Shown here one piece after another: positions 1 through 11,200 of a DNA stretch of 64,000 nt (position 1 is the first letter of the stretch; the number at the start of each line of letters is the position of its first letter). The notes beneath the pieces are model-generated. The model made no database searches. It was not told where the DNA came from and saw nothing but the letters and a program-made list of their open reading frames with translations. Made by a program: the position numbers and the translations under genes. The stretch spans positions 992,001 to 1,056,000 of the forward strand of contig CM000431.1 of NCBI GenBank assembly GCA_000165345.1, given 5' to 3'.

Positions 1-373
1 TTAAGTCTAATGAACACCAAATTAAACTTGAAAAAGAACAATTCTGTCAAATTGTGAGAAGTATTCAAGAAAATACTTTATTTAACAAGAATTCATATCT
101 TAGTATTCCTATTTTATCCAGTGATTTAGTATGAATCTCATTTTATACTAATATTAACATCTATATATGTTTTTAATTTTCCATGTAAATCTTTAATTAA
201 TTCCTGTTATTTGTCTCTAAGTTGATACTGGTCCCGTTATGTCTCCATTTTAATTAATTTTGGGGGAGGGAGAAATTACACACAAAAATGCAGATCTGAA
301 AATACCCAGGATAAATAATAACAAGAGGTTGACCAGCCTTTCATGCATTTTTTTGTTGTAAAAGAAACAACAA

Positions 374-736
374 ATGAAAGAAAAAGAAGATTCAAACATT
401 TCAGAAAAAGAGAAAATTAATAGTTGGCTTGAGAAACAAATTCTAATTTGGAATGGGATTCCAATAAATAAGTTATCAGGAAAAAATAAAGTTTCTCAAC
501 TCAGCTCAAATATTAAAGTTAAGAATGAGGACAATTTAATTACTGACAAATGTAAAGAAACAAAAAAGCTTGATTTGGATGAGAAAAAGAAAGAAAATAT
601 AAGGCAAGAAATTTCATGTAGCAATACAAATAAAATAGAAAAGAATGAGAAGAATCAAAATGGTGATATGAGACTAAGATTCAAGGACTGGTCAGATTTA
701 CATAATTACTTACTAGTATCAATGAAACAAGGATAG
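374..736 (+). CDS. hypothetical K/E-rich low-complexity protein (120 aa); may be spurious or part of a gene that starts upstream of the window
   Basis: ORF only; lysine/glutamate-rich; no recognisable domain. A TCATGCATT (AP2-like) motif lies about 30 bp upstream. Confidence 0.2.
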   Translation: MKEKEDSNISEKEKINSWLEKQILIWNGIPINKLSGKNKVSQLSSNIKVKNEDNLITDKCKETKKLDLDEKKKENIRQEISCSNTNKIEKNEKNQNGDMRLRFKDWSDLHNYLLVSMKQG

Positions 737-934
737 AAATTAAAGTAATATTATGATTAATATATAAATGTAAAATTGTAGTTTTAGTGGTTGTAATGAA
801 ATGATCAAGTTATCAATTCATAAAGATGTTCTCACTAAGTAACTAATGTGAGTGATTAGTAGTAATAATAACAAAATTTGAATTTGAATAACTTTGATAA
901 ATGTTTGAATTGATAAAATTAATTAGACTTGTAA

Positions 935-1672
935 TTAAGGCATTTTCAAATTCTTACTCTGTGCTTCAGTCCAAGCCTTAGCAATAGTTCTCTTCATCTC
1001 ATCATCTCCTTCTTCATACATTTTTTTCATAAGGTCTTGGATTCCGGCCATAGGATCTTTCATTCCAGCTCCACCCATATCACCAAAGTTACCCATGCCT
1101 GAACTTGGATCAGAGGTAGCAGAAGTTTTCTTGAGAGGGCTATCCTTATAAGATAGTCTTGGCCATTTACTTGAATTATTAGCTTTTTTAAGAGTGATAA
1201 CAATCATATCTTTTTTAACTTTGTGAGAACACTCTTCGGGAGAAATAGTATCATGCAATTTGACAGTAAAAGAGTAGAATTTGTTATCCAAATTTTTGAC
1301 ATACATTTCAACATTGTCTTTTCCAAATTTTATCTCGATGCAATCAGGTTTGTCCTGAACTCCAACTAAATCAATATATATTTTAACACTTTTATCAGAT
1401 TGATCCCAGCTATATTTTGTTATAGAAGTATAAGCTTCTAGTGGAAGGTTTTCATTTTGTTTCTTTGAAATGCTTTCAGGTACGTTATTAACATTCAATT
1501 GATTATATTCCAAATTCTTTCTTCCTGCATCAGAAATACACATATTTCTTTGCTTCTCCTCTAACAATCTGATCTGATTACTTAAAATCATTTTAACTCC
1601 ATCTCTTTTGCATTGTGTTTTCAATGCTTTCAATTCATTTAAGTCGCCTTGTATTATACTTAGATTGCTCAT
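935..1672 (-). CDS. calcyclin-binding protein / Siah-interacting protein (CacyBP/SIP) homologue with CS and SGS domains
   Basis: ITKYSWDQSDKSVKIYIDLVGV aligns with human CacyBP [22 protein letters not shown] (start of the CS domain). The C-terminal DPMAGIQDLMKKMYEEGDDEMKRTIAKAWTEAQ matches the SGS motif [35 protein letters not shown]. Confidence 0.8.
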   Translation of the reverse strand: MSNLSIIQGDLNELKALKTQCKRDGVKMILSNQIRLLEEKQRNMCISDAGRKNLEYNQLNVNNVPESISKKQNENLPLEAYTSITKYSWDQSDKSVKIYIDLVGVQDKPDCIEIKFGKDNVEMYVKNLDNKFYSFTVKLHDTISPEECSHKVKKDMIVITLKKANNSSKWPRLSYKDSPLKKTSATSDPSSGMGNFGDMGGAGMKDPMAGIQDLMKKMYEEGDDEMKRTIAKAWTEAQSKNLKMP

Positions 1673-1816
1673 CCCTTGAATTTACACTTTTTTAAGAAAT
1701 TTACTCTTTTGAGAATATCAACACGAGCTTTTTATTAGAAGTTGACTATTTTTTAATTACTTGTTTTTCTTTTGACTTGTAATAACATTTACATATTTTC
1801 GTGAGACGTAAACTGT

Positions 1817-1827
1817 TTTGGCGCCAA
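1817..1827. promoter_or_regulatory. E2F-like site TTTGGCGCCAA in the spacer between the CacyBP and eIF3k genes
   Basis: Palindromic GGCGCC core flanked by T and A. The same motif recurs in other intergenic spacers of this window. An E2F/DP-like GGCGCC/TTTCCCGC element is a reported over-represented upstream motif in Cryptosporidium. Confidence 0.35.
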
Positions 1828-2165
1828 TTCATATTTGAGTAAAAAATTTTTAAAAAATCATGCAAGGAGTGAATATATAATGTGAGAAAATATTATTTGA
1901 TCAAATATTGATTAAATGGTTTGTGATAAATGCGAAATAAACATAGTAAAACAAACAGAATGTGTAATTTGCTATCACTTAGAGACTTTAGGCAAGAATA
2001 TCGAAAATACTTATATAGTAAACTGCGAACAAAATCGTAAAAATAAGATTTAATAATTAAAGAAAGGATTTAAAGTTTCTGAATAATGAAACTAATTTTA
2101 AAGCCAAAAGTGATAATATAAAGCAAAATTGACTATAATAATTGCAAAATTCTCTAATGAATTAA

Positions 2166-2939
2166 TTAGTTATTGCTAAGTAAATTCAAATAATTTTTGA
2201 AAATTACTTCATTGCATCCCAATGATTTGTTTTTATTTGCATTAGAGTCAACATTTTCAATTGGGTTTTCTGGTAATGGGATTCTAATAATTTCACAAGC
2301 ACTATCCAAAATCCACTTATTCTTTTCAATGATATTTTTAAGCTCAGTAGAATCTTTGGGGAAATCAAGTAACTCGCTTAAAACAGCAGTGCTAATGCAA
2401 CTGTGAGAACAATTAACTGAATAGATAATAATGTCACGAATAGAATCGTAAAATCCTTGTATCTTCTCAACCTTGCTTCTGAGTTGATCATTTGTTTTTA
2501 ATAAGTTCCACATATTTGCATATCTACAACTAGTTAATAAATCATTAAGTTGTATAATTTGCTTTATATTTGGGTCATTTTGAACTGACAATGGAATTTG
2601 ATAAGTGCATGATAGAAAGTCAGATGATAATGGACCTCTTATTATTGAGAGCAATAAAATATCCTGTACAATTTCTAGATTGGTTCTTTTAGGGTAAATT
2701 GAATATTGTAGTAAAACAACTAAATTATTTAAAATACTATATTGACCTTTAATAATCTGGTCTCTCACGCAATTCTCGAATATATCCAAATTTGAGACAT
2801 CATATCTAGATGCTGAGTTAAGTAAACTCGTAATTTTCTGATCAACTTGTGCCATTTTGAGTAAAAATAGATTTAAGATCAGCTCCTCGTCTTGATCAAT
2901 AACTGACTTTTTATAAATTTGTATTATTCCCAGGTTCAA
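2166..2939 (-). CDS. eukaryotic translation initiation factor 3 subunit K (eIF3k)-like
   Basis: IIQLNDLLTSCRYANMWNLL...GFYDSIRDIIIYSV...VLSELLDFPKDSTELKNIIEKNKW aligns with human eIF3k ILYLGDLLETCHFQAFWQAL...GFEDSVRKFICHVV...LLAEMLGDLSDSQLKVWMSKYGW (HEAT/winged-helix PCI-like region). Confidence 0.55.
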   Translation of the reverse strand: MNLGIIQIYKKSVIDQDEELILNLFLLKMAQVDQKITSLLNSASRYDVSNLDIFENCVRDQIIKGQYSILNNLVVLLQYSIYPKRTNLEIVQDILLLSIIRGPLSSDFLSCTYQIPLSVQNDPNIKQIIQLNDLLTSCRYANMWNLLKTNDQLRSKVEKIQGFYDSIRDIIIYSVNCSHSCISTAVLSELLDFPKDSTELKNIIEKNKWILDSACEIIRIPLPENPIENVDSNANKNKSLGCNEVIFKNYLNLLSNN

Positions 2940-4026
2940 ACAAAAACCGAAATTTTATACCTGAGTATCTTCTCCAACTAGTCCTTTAAAAAATATAAAT
3001 TTGGACAGATTATAAAAATTTGACAAATTTCTATTTTTTAAAAAGTGAATTTTATCCTTGGAAGTAATTATCAATTTCTTTAAATAATTATTTATATTAC
3101 TTTTTAATACTATAACTATCAAACATTTCAGAAATTGTTAGCAAGTTGCAATAAGACCTATTTAATACGCCTAATTTGACTTTAAATAATTAATTGTAAT
3201 TATTAATCTCTTTTTATTAATTAATAATTTATTTGTCAATTTATATTGTGTTTATGTGGGCGCCAATAAATTATTAGAAATTTGAATTAATAGAACATGA
3301 AAATTATTAAAAAGACAAGATTTATCAACAAGTAATAATTAAACACTTGTTCTTATAATAGTTTGTATAAGGAATATTACAGTTTTTTGTTTATTAGTAT
3401 ACATTCTTATTTTTTTAACTTCTAAATTAATTTTGAATGTGCTGATTGCCAATTAGTAACGCACACTTAGTTGCTTTTTATTGCTACCCTATAAAAACAT
3501 TATTTTCTCTTTAACTAAAAATCTGAGAAGGTATTTAATCATGCTTTTTAGTTTAACAGAAATGTATGAACCATTCTGCTCCATAAAAAAATAAGGAAGG
3601 TTTTTTAAAAAAAAAAGAAACAACACCGATTATTAATTAGATATTATGATGGGTAGTATGCAAGTAACACTACTGGACTTCGTATAAAATATTTCAAGAT
3701 ATAGTTTTAGAGAACCTAGTTGAAAAAAGCTAGAAGGTTAATATAATGAATCTGAAATTTTTTCTAAATCATATTCATCTAATAAAATAATTAATATAGT
3801 ATAAGAAAATTGTTGCCTTTTTTCTAAAAGAAATAAAAAAAACTCTATCCATAATTAAATACTTGTATATTAAATAGATATTTTAAACTATAAGCTATAT
3901 TAGCTTGATAACAGTATTCTCCAACTTAATTAGACTAGCGCTAGCTAAGTTATTAATATTAATACAAAATAATATATATTGTGTGCGTGTGTTTTTTTTA
4001 AATAAACTTATCCTAAATGGCTAATA

Positions 4027-4073
4027 TTTCCCGCCTATATGAAATAATTAGAGGCTACATAAAGTTGGCGGGC
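4027..4073. promoter_or_regulatory. inverted pair of E2F-like sites (TTTCCCGCC ... TTGGCGGGC) in the divergent promoter between the eIF3k and TMBIM genes
   Basis: TTTCCCGCC at 4027-4035 and its near reverse complement GGCGGGC at 4067-4073, about 30 bp apart; about 250 bp upstream of the ATG at 4322. Confidence 0.4.
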
Positions 4074-4169
4074 AGGCGGTAGATATTATGAAAGTTAGTC
4101 AAATATACAAGATTAAATATTACAATTTACCCCAAATTACCAGATAAAAAAAAAATATAAATATATATA

Positions 4170-4205
<36 letters not shown>

Positions 4206-4321
4206 TATATTGTTCATAATTATAAATCATTTACGAAGTACATATTTTCCAAGTAATATATACTACTGAATTACTATTTACAGCTGGAAATTTGCTTACA
4301 GGTTAATTACAAAGATCCGCA

Positions 4322-5071
4322 ATGGCTTCAACTAATATACATAGCCGTCGCAATGAGGACATAGATTTGGAAAGCCAAGAGTTTGAGTCCTTTTCTAAAA
4401 GTGTAAGACATGGCTTCATTCGTCGTGTGTACATGCTTGTAGCTCTACAAGTTTTGTTTGATTTGGCTTTATCATTAATGGTCATAAATGTTCCATCGTT
4501 GAAATTATTCATGCTTAGAAACTTATCAGTTATTAAAATGACTGCTTTTGCATTTGCATTAATTTCATCTTTGTTGTTCTTCTTCTTGTATAACTATTCA
4601 AACTTATTGCAAAATCATTCAAGTAAGATGGCATTTTTCTGTATAATGACAATTTCAGAAGGAGTACTTCTCTCACTATTAGCACTACTTGTTAATACAA
4701 AATATTTGCTAATGGCGCTTGCTTTTACTTCAATCATTGTTATCTCATTAACGATTTTCTCGTTCCAAACAAAGTATGACTTTACATCATATCAAGCATT
4801 CATATTTTATGGAACTATTGCATTTGCAGTATTCTCCACCATTTATATGTTCTTCCCAACTGTCAGAATTATCGAGTTAATTATATCACCGATCGCAATA
4901 TTTTTCTTTTCATTTGCACTTGTGCAAACAACACAAAGCATTATTGGTAATGGAAAGCAAATGATTTACGAGGATGATTATGTTCTGGGAGCCTTATTGA
5001 TTCACTCTTATATTATTGACATTTTCATATATATTTTGAGGTTTATTCTAGCAGTCTTCGAAAGAAACTAA
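4322..5071 (+). CDS. TMBIM / Bax inhibitor-1 / Lifeguard family multi-pass membrane protein
   Basis: 249 aa, about 7 predicted TM helices. The N-terminal RHGFIRRVYMLVALQVL matches the family signature (x-FIRKVY-x-IL-x-QL) that precedes TM1. The size is typical for the family. Confidence 0.6.
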   Translation: MASTNIHSRRNEDIDLESQEFESFSKSVRHGFIRRVYMLVALQVLFDLALSLMVINVPSLKLFMLRNLSVIKMTAFAFALISSLLFFFLYNYSNLLQNHSSKMAFFCIMTISEGVLLSLLALLVNTKYLLMALAFTSIIVISLTIFSFQTKYDFTSYQAFIFYGTIAFAVFSTIYMFFPTVRIIELIISPIAIFFFSFALVQTTQSIIGNGKQMIYEDDYVLGALLIHSYIIDIFIYILRFILAVFERN

Positions 5072-5246
5072 ATTTCTAAAATTTTTAGATTATTATTGTG
5101 GGAATATATGTAACAAGCTACCTGTAATTTTATTGGGATTGAACTTATTTAACTACTAATTATTTTTTATTTTTATTTTTTTTTTGTTATATTTGTTTGC
5201 TTTCTTCGATACTTTAAACCTGAACTATGAATTCAAAACAAAATCG

Positions 5247-5288
5247 TTCGGGCGCGCCAAAATTTACGTTGTGTGTTCCCGCCAATTT
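5247..5288. promoter_or_regulatory. E2F-like motif cluster (GGCGCGCCAAAA and TTCCCGCCAATTT) upstream of the Pro-repeat membrane protein gene
   Basis: Palindromic GGCGCGCC at 5251-5258 followed by CCAAAATTT, and TTCCCGCCAATTT at 5276-5288; 220-260 bp upstream of the ATG at 5510. Confidence 0.4.
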
Positions 5289-5509
5289 GCTTATTTTTGT
5301 TTTTTTTATTGTCCTTATGGGATTATTATAATTACTTCAATATCATCATTAAGAAGTTATTAATAAAAAAACAGTTTTCTAGGAAATTATTGGTGACTTT
5401 CAGAGGACCCAAATCAAGCAAGAAAATTTTGTTTTGTATTTGAGTATTGCTACTTTTAATTTTAAGTAGCTAATTAATATTTTTGTTGTTTATAGAAATA
5501 AAATGATAA

Positions 5510-6449
5510 ATGGCTGATTCTGATATGAATAATGATCTTCCCACTCTCAGTGGTGCAGATACAGAAACAAACTTTGTTGAAACTGTAAGTTTTACCTCTT
5601 TTCATTAAAATGAGTTACATTATGGGGGGAATATTTGTTTCCATTGAGATCTTGTCTTAAAGATCATTAATGTAACTAATGTTTAATGCAAATTAACAAT
5701 TGCCTTTATTATTAAAAATTATTAACTTATTTTTAATGTAGAACAACGAAATACCGTTATGGGCAATCATTACTATATCCGTCTTATCATGTATGCTAGT
5801 TTGTATTGTAATTGCATTTCTAATTATATACTTCAGAGAAAGGGAAAGAACTAAAACCCGAGAAAGAATTGAAAGACAATTCAGAATGGCAGAGACGAAG
5901 AAGCTGACCAGGTATTTGCAAACTTTAAGAGAAAGGATGATGTTTAGGAACCAAAATGCTCAAATTAACCGTCAGCCAAATTCCAATTTTCAGAATGGAT
6001 TTCCAGTTAATGTTGGACCCCCAAGGGGACAAATGCAGTTTAACCATCCTCCGCCTGTCGGACCACCTCCGCCTGTTGGCCCACCTCCACCTGTTGGTCC
6101 ACCTCCACCTGTTGGTCCACCTCCACCTGTTGGACCACCTCCACCTCAAATGTTTAATCAAATGGGTCATCCTGTCAACTATCCACCTCAAATCCAACAG
6201 CCAGTTTTTACCAATGCTCCTCCATTTGCCCCCCCAGTAATCCCACCACAAAACTTCGCACCTAATTGCTCTGCTCAGCCAATTAATATACCACCGCCAA
6301 ATTGTCCTCCAAACAACTCAAATATTACCCAAGGAACAATTTCTTTAACTGTTCATGACCCATCATTAATACCAGAAGGACCGCCTCCGACTCCACCTCC
6401 TGGATATGTGACTGTTCCGATTGTCTTGCAAAACGAAAACCACCAATAG
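5510..6449 (+). CDS. spliced gene for a single-pass membrane protein with a proline-rich (PPVGPP)x6 tail. Exon 1 is 5510-5584, the intron is 5585-5741, exon 2 is 5742-6449
   Basis: The ATG at 5510 sits in an A-rich Kozak-like context (aaaATGG). There are exactly 25 codons to a GTAAGT donor at 5585. A TAG acceptor ends at 5741. The downstream ORF is open in frame from 5742 exactly. Joining gives MADSDMNNDLPTLSGADTETNFVET|NNEIPLWAIITISVLSCMLVCIVIAFLIIYF..., which restores a complete TM helix. Without splicing that helix would be truncated at the M of the 5793 ORF. Confidence 0.5.
5585..5741 (+). other. predicted spliceosomal intron (157 nt, GTAAGT...TAG, phase 0)
   Basis: Canonical GTAAGT donor. 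ATTAACT branch-like element about 25 nt upstream of the AG, followed by a T-rich tract. The frame is preserved across the junction. Confidence 0.5.
6047..6146 (+). repeat. 18-nt coding tandem repeat (CCACCTCCACCTGTTGGN)x~6, encoding (PPVGPP)n
   Basis: Directly visible near-perfect 18-mer repeats. The antisense ORFs over this tract are mirror artefacts. Confidence 0.9.
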
Positions 6450-6967
6450 AGAGAAACTGTTATTTAAAGTTAAGAAAGGTTTTTTAATTCAAATTTTAAT
6501 TTAAGTTATAAAATAAATCCAGTAAAAAAAAATATTTTAATTTATCCTAAATTTTATACTTTTTTTCATTTATCTTTCTTTTTACTAATTTCTTAATTAA
6601 TTTTGTCACTATTATTTTTTTGCATGTGGACAAATTACTAATCATAATTACCATACCGGTTTTGTAATATATTACTAATACCGTGCATAATTCATGCGGC
6701 AAAATTATGATATTAAAAATAATAATAAAAAATTTGCATGTCATAGATTAAAGAGCAAGTGGATGAATTTATTTGGAATTAATGGTGGAATTTTAAGGAG
6801 AATTGGTTTGAGATTTGGTGTGAGATATTGTTTTTTGTATAATTAAAGAAAGTGTTCAAATACTAGAATTTTGTAAAAAATATAAAACAAAATAAAAATA
6901 AATTCTGTAAAAATTAGTGGAAATACATTGGAAAAAGTGAAATAAGAAAAAATCTTTATTATTTACT

Positions 6968-7975
6968 ATGGTAAAAAGGAGTGCAAAAGAAGTAACCAGT
7001 AATTACAATGAATCATATGAGAATGGAATATATTATAAACAATTAAATAAACAAGATACTAGAAATTCGGACTTCGTAAATGAATTTGAAATAAAGAATG
7101 TAACTACACTTCAAGAGGAAAAGAATAATTATAATAAAAAGTTGATTGAGAATGGGCTGAACAACATTTGCAGAGTAATTGTACTGGATTGGCTTATAGG
7201 GGTACATAGAAAGTTTCAATTCAGGCCTGCAACTATCCATATTGGGATAACTTTATTTGATAGATTTATCAGACTAAACAATAAACACGGATTGATAAAC
7301 TGTGACAATCTTCAATTAGTTGGAGCAACCTGTCTTCACATTGCATCCAAGTACGAAGATATGAACCCAGCGGTTCTATTAGATTACTGTATAATGAGTA
7401 ATTCAGAATTCAATCCTAAAGACATGATAAATATGGAAGTTGAAATACTAAATACTTTGCATTTCAAAATAGCAGATAATACTACACTTATTGACTATTT
7501 GGATTCATTTTTTGAATATGGAATTTTGAAAGGAGTAAATAAAAAAAAGCTACCAAAATATTTCTATTCAAGTGCTTTGTATATATCAGAATTATCTTTA
7601 CTTCACCAAGCAATGATATTTTACCGTCCAAAAGTACTTTCAACATCAATTTTACTACTTCTATGTCTGCTATTTGAAAAAGATGAGTCAGAAAGAAACA
7701 ATTTGTCCATATTAAAAGATTTAAAGTATTCATTAAAAAGATTTTCAAAAATTAATAATATCACAAAGGAAATTCGAATATGTATTAAAAGCTTATTAGG
7801 TATAATTAAAGAACAATTCTTTCTAGAGGTAAAAATTAAAGAAGGATTTGAAAATTCTATTATTGGGGTTAATCCAGAAGAAGAAATACCATTTATATAC
7901 TTGAAAGATTTAACAAGTAAGTGGAGAAATGCATATACAAACTTATATAAGAAAATTTCAAGTTTAAGAACTTGA
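6968..7975 (+). CDS. cyclin (cyclin-box protein, A/B-like)
   Basis: The cyclin N-terminal box at about 7166-7463, ICRVIVLDWLIGVHRKFQFRPATIHIGITLFDRFI...LQLVGATCLHIASKYEDMNPAV...MEVEILNTLHF, matches the consensus MRAILIDWLVEVH...ETLYLTVNIIDRFL...LQLVGVTAMLIASKYEE...MEHLILKVL. Confidence 0.75.
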   Translation: MVKRSAKEVTSNYNESYENGIYYKQLNKQDTRNSDFVNEFEIKNVTTLQEEKNNYNKKLIENGLNNICRVIVLDWLIGVHRKFQFRPATIHIGITLFDRFIRLNNKHGLINCDNLQLVGATCLHIASKYEDMNPAVLLDYCIMSNSEFNPKDMINMEVEILNTLHFKIADNTTLIDYLDSFFEYGILKGVNKKKLPKYFYSSALYISELSLLHQAMIFYRPKVLSTSILLLLCLLFEKDESERNNLSILKDLKYSLKRFSKINNITKEIRICIKSLLGIIKEQFFLEVKIKEGFENSIIGVNPEEEIPFIYLKDLTSKWRNAYTNLYKKISSLRT

Positions 7976-8095
7976 ATATTGCTAAAAGTTAATGTAAAGA
8001 AATGTGTTAAATTGCTTTGATTATTATCCTCATTTATCTTAATTACTATATTCGCATAAACTGGTAACTATAAAAAGTGGCAAACATCTAAAATG

Positions 8096-8106
8096 TTGGC
8101 GGAAAC
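8096..8106. promoter_or_regulatory. E2F-like half site TTGGCGGAAAC upstream of the 8231 gene
   Basis: GGCGG followed by AAA; about 130 bp upstream of the ATG at 8231. Confidence 0.3.
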
Positions 8107-8230
8107 TATGTAATTTTAATTTATTCAAATTAATAAAAATAATTAAATTTAATTAATAAAAATAATAATAATGAAGTATCAAATCCACATTAACAAGAAT
8201 CTCTAAAGTTTTGATTTTGAGTGTATATAG

Positions 8231-11200
8231 ATGAAAGTAGAAAAAATTAAAGAAATTAAAGCACCAGGAGATGGAATACTTTCAGTATCTTTCCAACCCC
8301 ATCCAATCACTGAAAGATGGGATAAAGAAAGAGTTGCTATTTGTGGAGAAAAGGGGGTTCATATTTGGTCATTTGAATATAATGGTAACCACAAAAAACT
8401 AGCATTTATTGAAAGTTCAACATGCGCTTTAATTAAGATGTGCAGATGGAGTCAAGATGGTAAGTATCTTGCAATTGTGGATATGGAACAAATCGCAATA
8501 TATTATAAAGAAGCTGGAACCTGTTCAGGAACTCCGAAAAATTTGAATTCTGTTGGATTTGGAGTTGAGGAAAAAGATACAGATTCAAATGAAGTATTTG
8601 AGAATTGGACAGTATATACGACATTTTCAAGTAGTGATGTGAATGAATGTGCAGATATCTGTTGGCTTAAAGGGTCAAAGGTATTAGTAAATGGAACCAT
8701 TTCTGGACATTTAATTGTTTATAATATGGAAGAAAGATGCCAGTCATGCAATTTATTTATTAGAGATATTGTTGAAACAAGTACACGTAATAAAAATATT
8801 CCAAATAGTCATACAGAAATTGGGCATGTAAGTGGGCTTTGTTCAGATACCCGAGGATTCTTTTTGGCATCCCAAATGAGTAGCCGTCGATTACTCGTTT
8901 TTAATGTAGAATATAATAAAGAATATGGGAAAGATACTTTATCAAAACGTAATTGTATTTCGTTATCATTTTTACTAGAAGAAGAACGATTAATAATTAA
9001 TTCCCCTTGTATATTAACATTCATTAGAAGACCTGTTTTTGATCCATTAACATGTTTGGTTGGTTGTCCATATGGAGAAGTTGGAACATCATATTTTTCT
9101 TGTCTCTATCCGTTTAGAGATATTTCAGATATCAAGCCATTCGGTTGGGAAGAGCTTTGTAAACTTGTAAATTATCAAGCAGAGAAGCAAATGGACGATA
9201 TTAAATCTGATATTTGGAATTTACATAATGAAGGAAAAACAAGTATTAAAGGTAAGCTCGAGCTTCCAGATGCATATAGATTACGGGGTCACCAAAGAAG
9301 AGTAAGATTATTTCAATTTTCTCAAACTGTTATTAAAGAAAAGGATGAGATATTTTCCTTATGTGCTCAAAGTTCTCAGGATGGCTCTTTAAGCTTTTGG
9401 AAGGTTATATATGACTTAAATTCTAAGTCTAAAATTAAGTCCATTGAATGTTTTTTGGTTTTAACTAATTTTATGGATGAGCAGGCCAGTGTTACAGATA
9501 TTTCATTCAATAATTTAAATAATACAGTTTTGATTGGATCAGATGACAACAAATTAACTCTAGTATCTTTTGAATTAGAAGAATTTTCACTTGCAAAAAA
9601 TTCTTCAAAAAACTCTCATGAGTTTTACTATTCAAGTTGGAACTATTGGAACTTTGAATTTACACCTGAAAAGCCTATTTTACAAAAAATGGATATAGAA
9701 TCATCGACAGAAGAACCCAGCTTATTCTCAAAACATGTTTCTTTACCTGTAATCACAGCAAATGAAATAAGAGAGCATCAAGAACGAACACAAGAAGCAG
9801 TTATAAGTAGTAAAGGTACAAAGATTAGGAGAATACAACCTTTGAACCTTACAGAAATGTATAGTAATAAATCTGACAGTAAGAATGAAACTAGCATGAA
9901 TGGAGTAAACTCTAGCATTAGTTCTAATATGCAAGAAGAAAAAAATCTGAATAAAACTTCTAATCAAAGTCTTGAATATACAACTAAGAAATCTTCAAAA
10001 AGAAGTCAGGAAACTAAGGAAAATAATTCAAATGAAATTAAAGAAACTTTAAAAGATCAAACTAGAAGTGATGAAAACAAATCTATAAGGAAATTATCTC
10101 AAAATGAAGAATTTGAAAGGAATTGTGAACAAGAAAATGCTAAAAATTCTATTAAAGGAGGAAATCAAGTTCAAATTAATCAAAATATTTCTGATTATCA
10201 AAATAATCAATTCATTAAAGAATGGATGGATAGTATTATTATTCCACCTAGATTAGCAATTGAAGCAAATATTTTAATTCATCAAAAAAAGTATAAAATG
10301 GTCATTTTTGCTGATAACAGACAAATTATTGAAAATATTAATAGAAATAGGTCTTCTTCAACTGAAATCATTTGTATGAGACAGGAAACTTTACAAGAAA
10401 ATCAAATCTCAAATATTTCAAAGGAAATGTTATGGTATAAACCTATAAGTATTAATCATGTAGTAACTCATATGATTCGTATTAAAGATGTTTTATTGAT
10501 CATATATTCCGATATTTTAGAGAAGAAAAATTCCATTCCAAGCTCTAATTTGGATTTTTTAAATTTTAATACTGGATCTATTTTAATTGGAGGAATCTCT
10601 TTACCTTTTGTATTAAAAGTTGTATTGAGTGAATCCCTTGATATGATTCTACTGGTTACAATTAATGGTAATATCAAAATTTTCCAAATCCATGGCTCAT
10701 TAAATGATTATGAATCATTTATACCTAAAGCATCAACTAATCATTTATCTTCTGGTTTTAGTATTAATTGGGTCTTAGATGCAGACTGGTCATTTTTAAA
10801 TAATCATAAACTTGTTAGAGTTGATTTATATTCAAACCATAAGTCTTATCCATGCAAGGATAATGCTGATTTCCCCATTATAATTCTTTATTTTGATGAT
10901 GGAAAGGTTTTTTCTTATTCGTTCAATATCTCAAGCTTTGTTAGAATTGATGATTTAGACCATTGTAGATCAGATTTTTGGTCTTTGGTTTTTCCAAAAA
11001 CCTATATGCAAATTTTAAAGAAGAGCAATCATCACTTCACTAAAGCTAAATTACTTGAACAAGTTTCTGAGGCTATATCTGCTGAACATCAGGAATCTGA
11101 GATAGAACTTAGTAGTGTTTGTTTGGATCCAAGGGGATGGCTTGATACTGATTCTAACCTTCAGACTCAAAAATGTTTTTTTTTAAGAGAAATCCAACAG

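Noticed and set aside
2197-2406. 69-aa plus-strand ORF
   Set aside because: It is antisense to, and fully inside, the eIF3k-like gene. It has no independent support.
5925-6251. 108-aa minus-strand and 94-aa plus-strand ORFs (RWRWTNRWRW / HLHLLVHLHLL)
   Set aside because: They are alternative-frame and antisense readings of the (PPVGPP)n repeat tract. They are repeat artefacts inside the real proline-rich gene.
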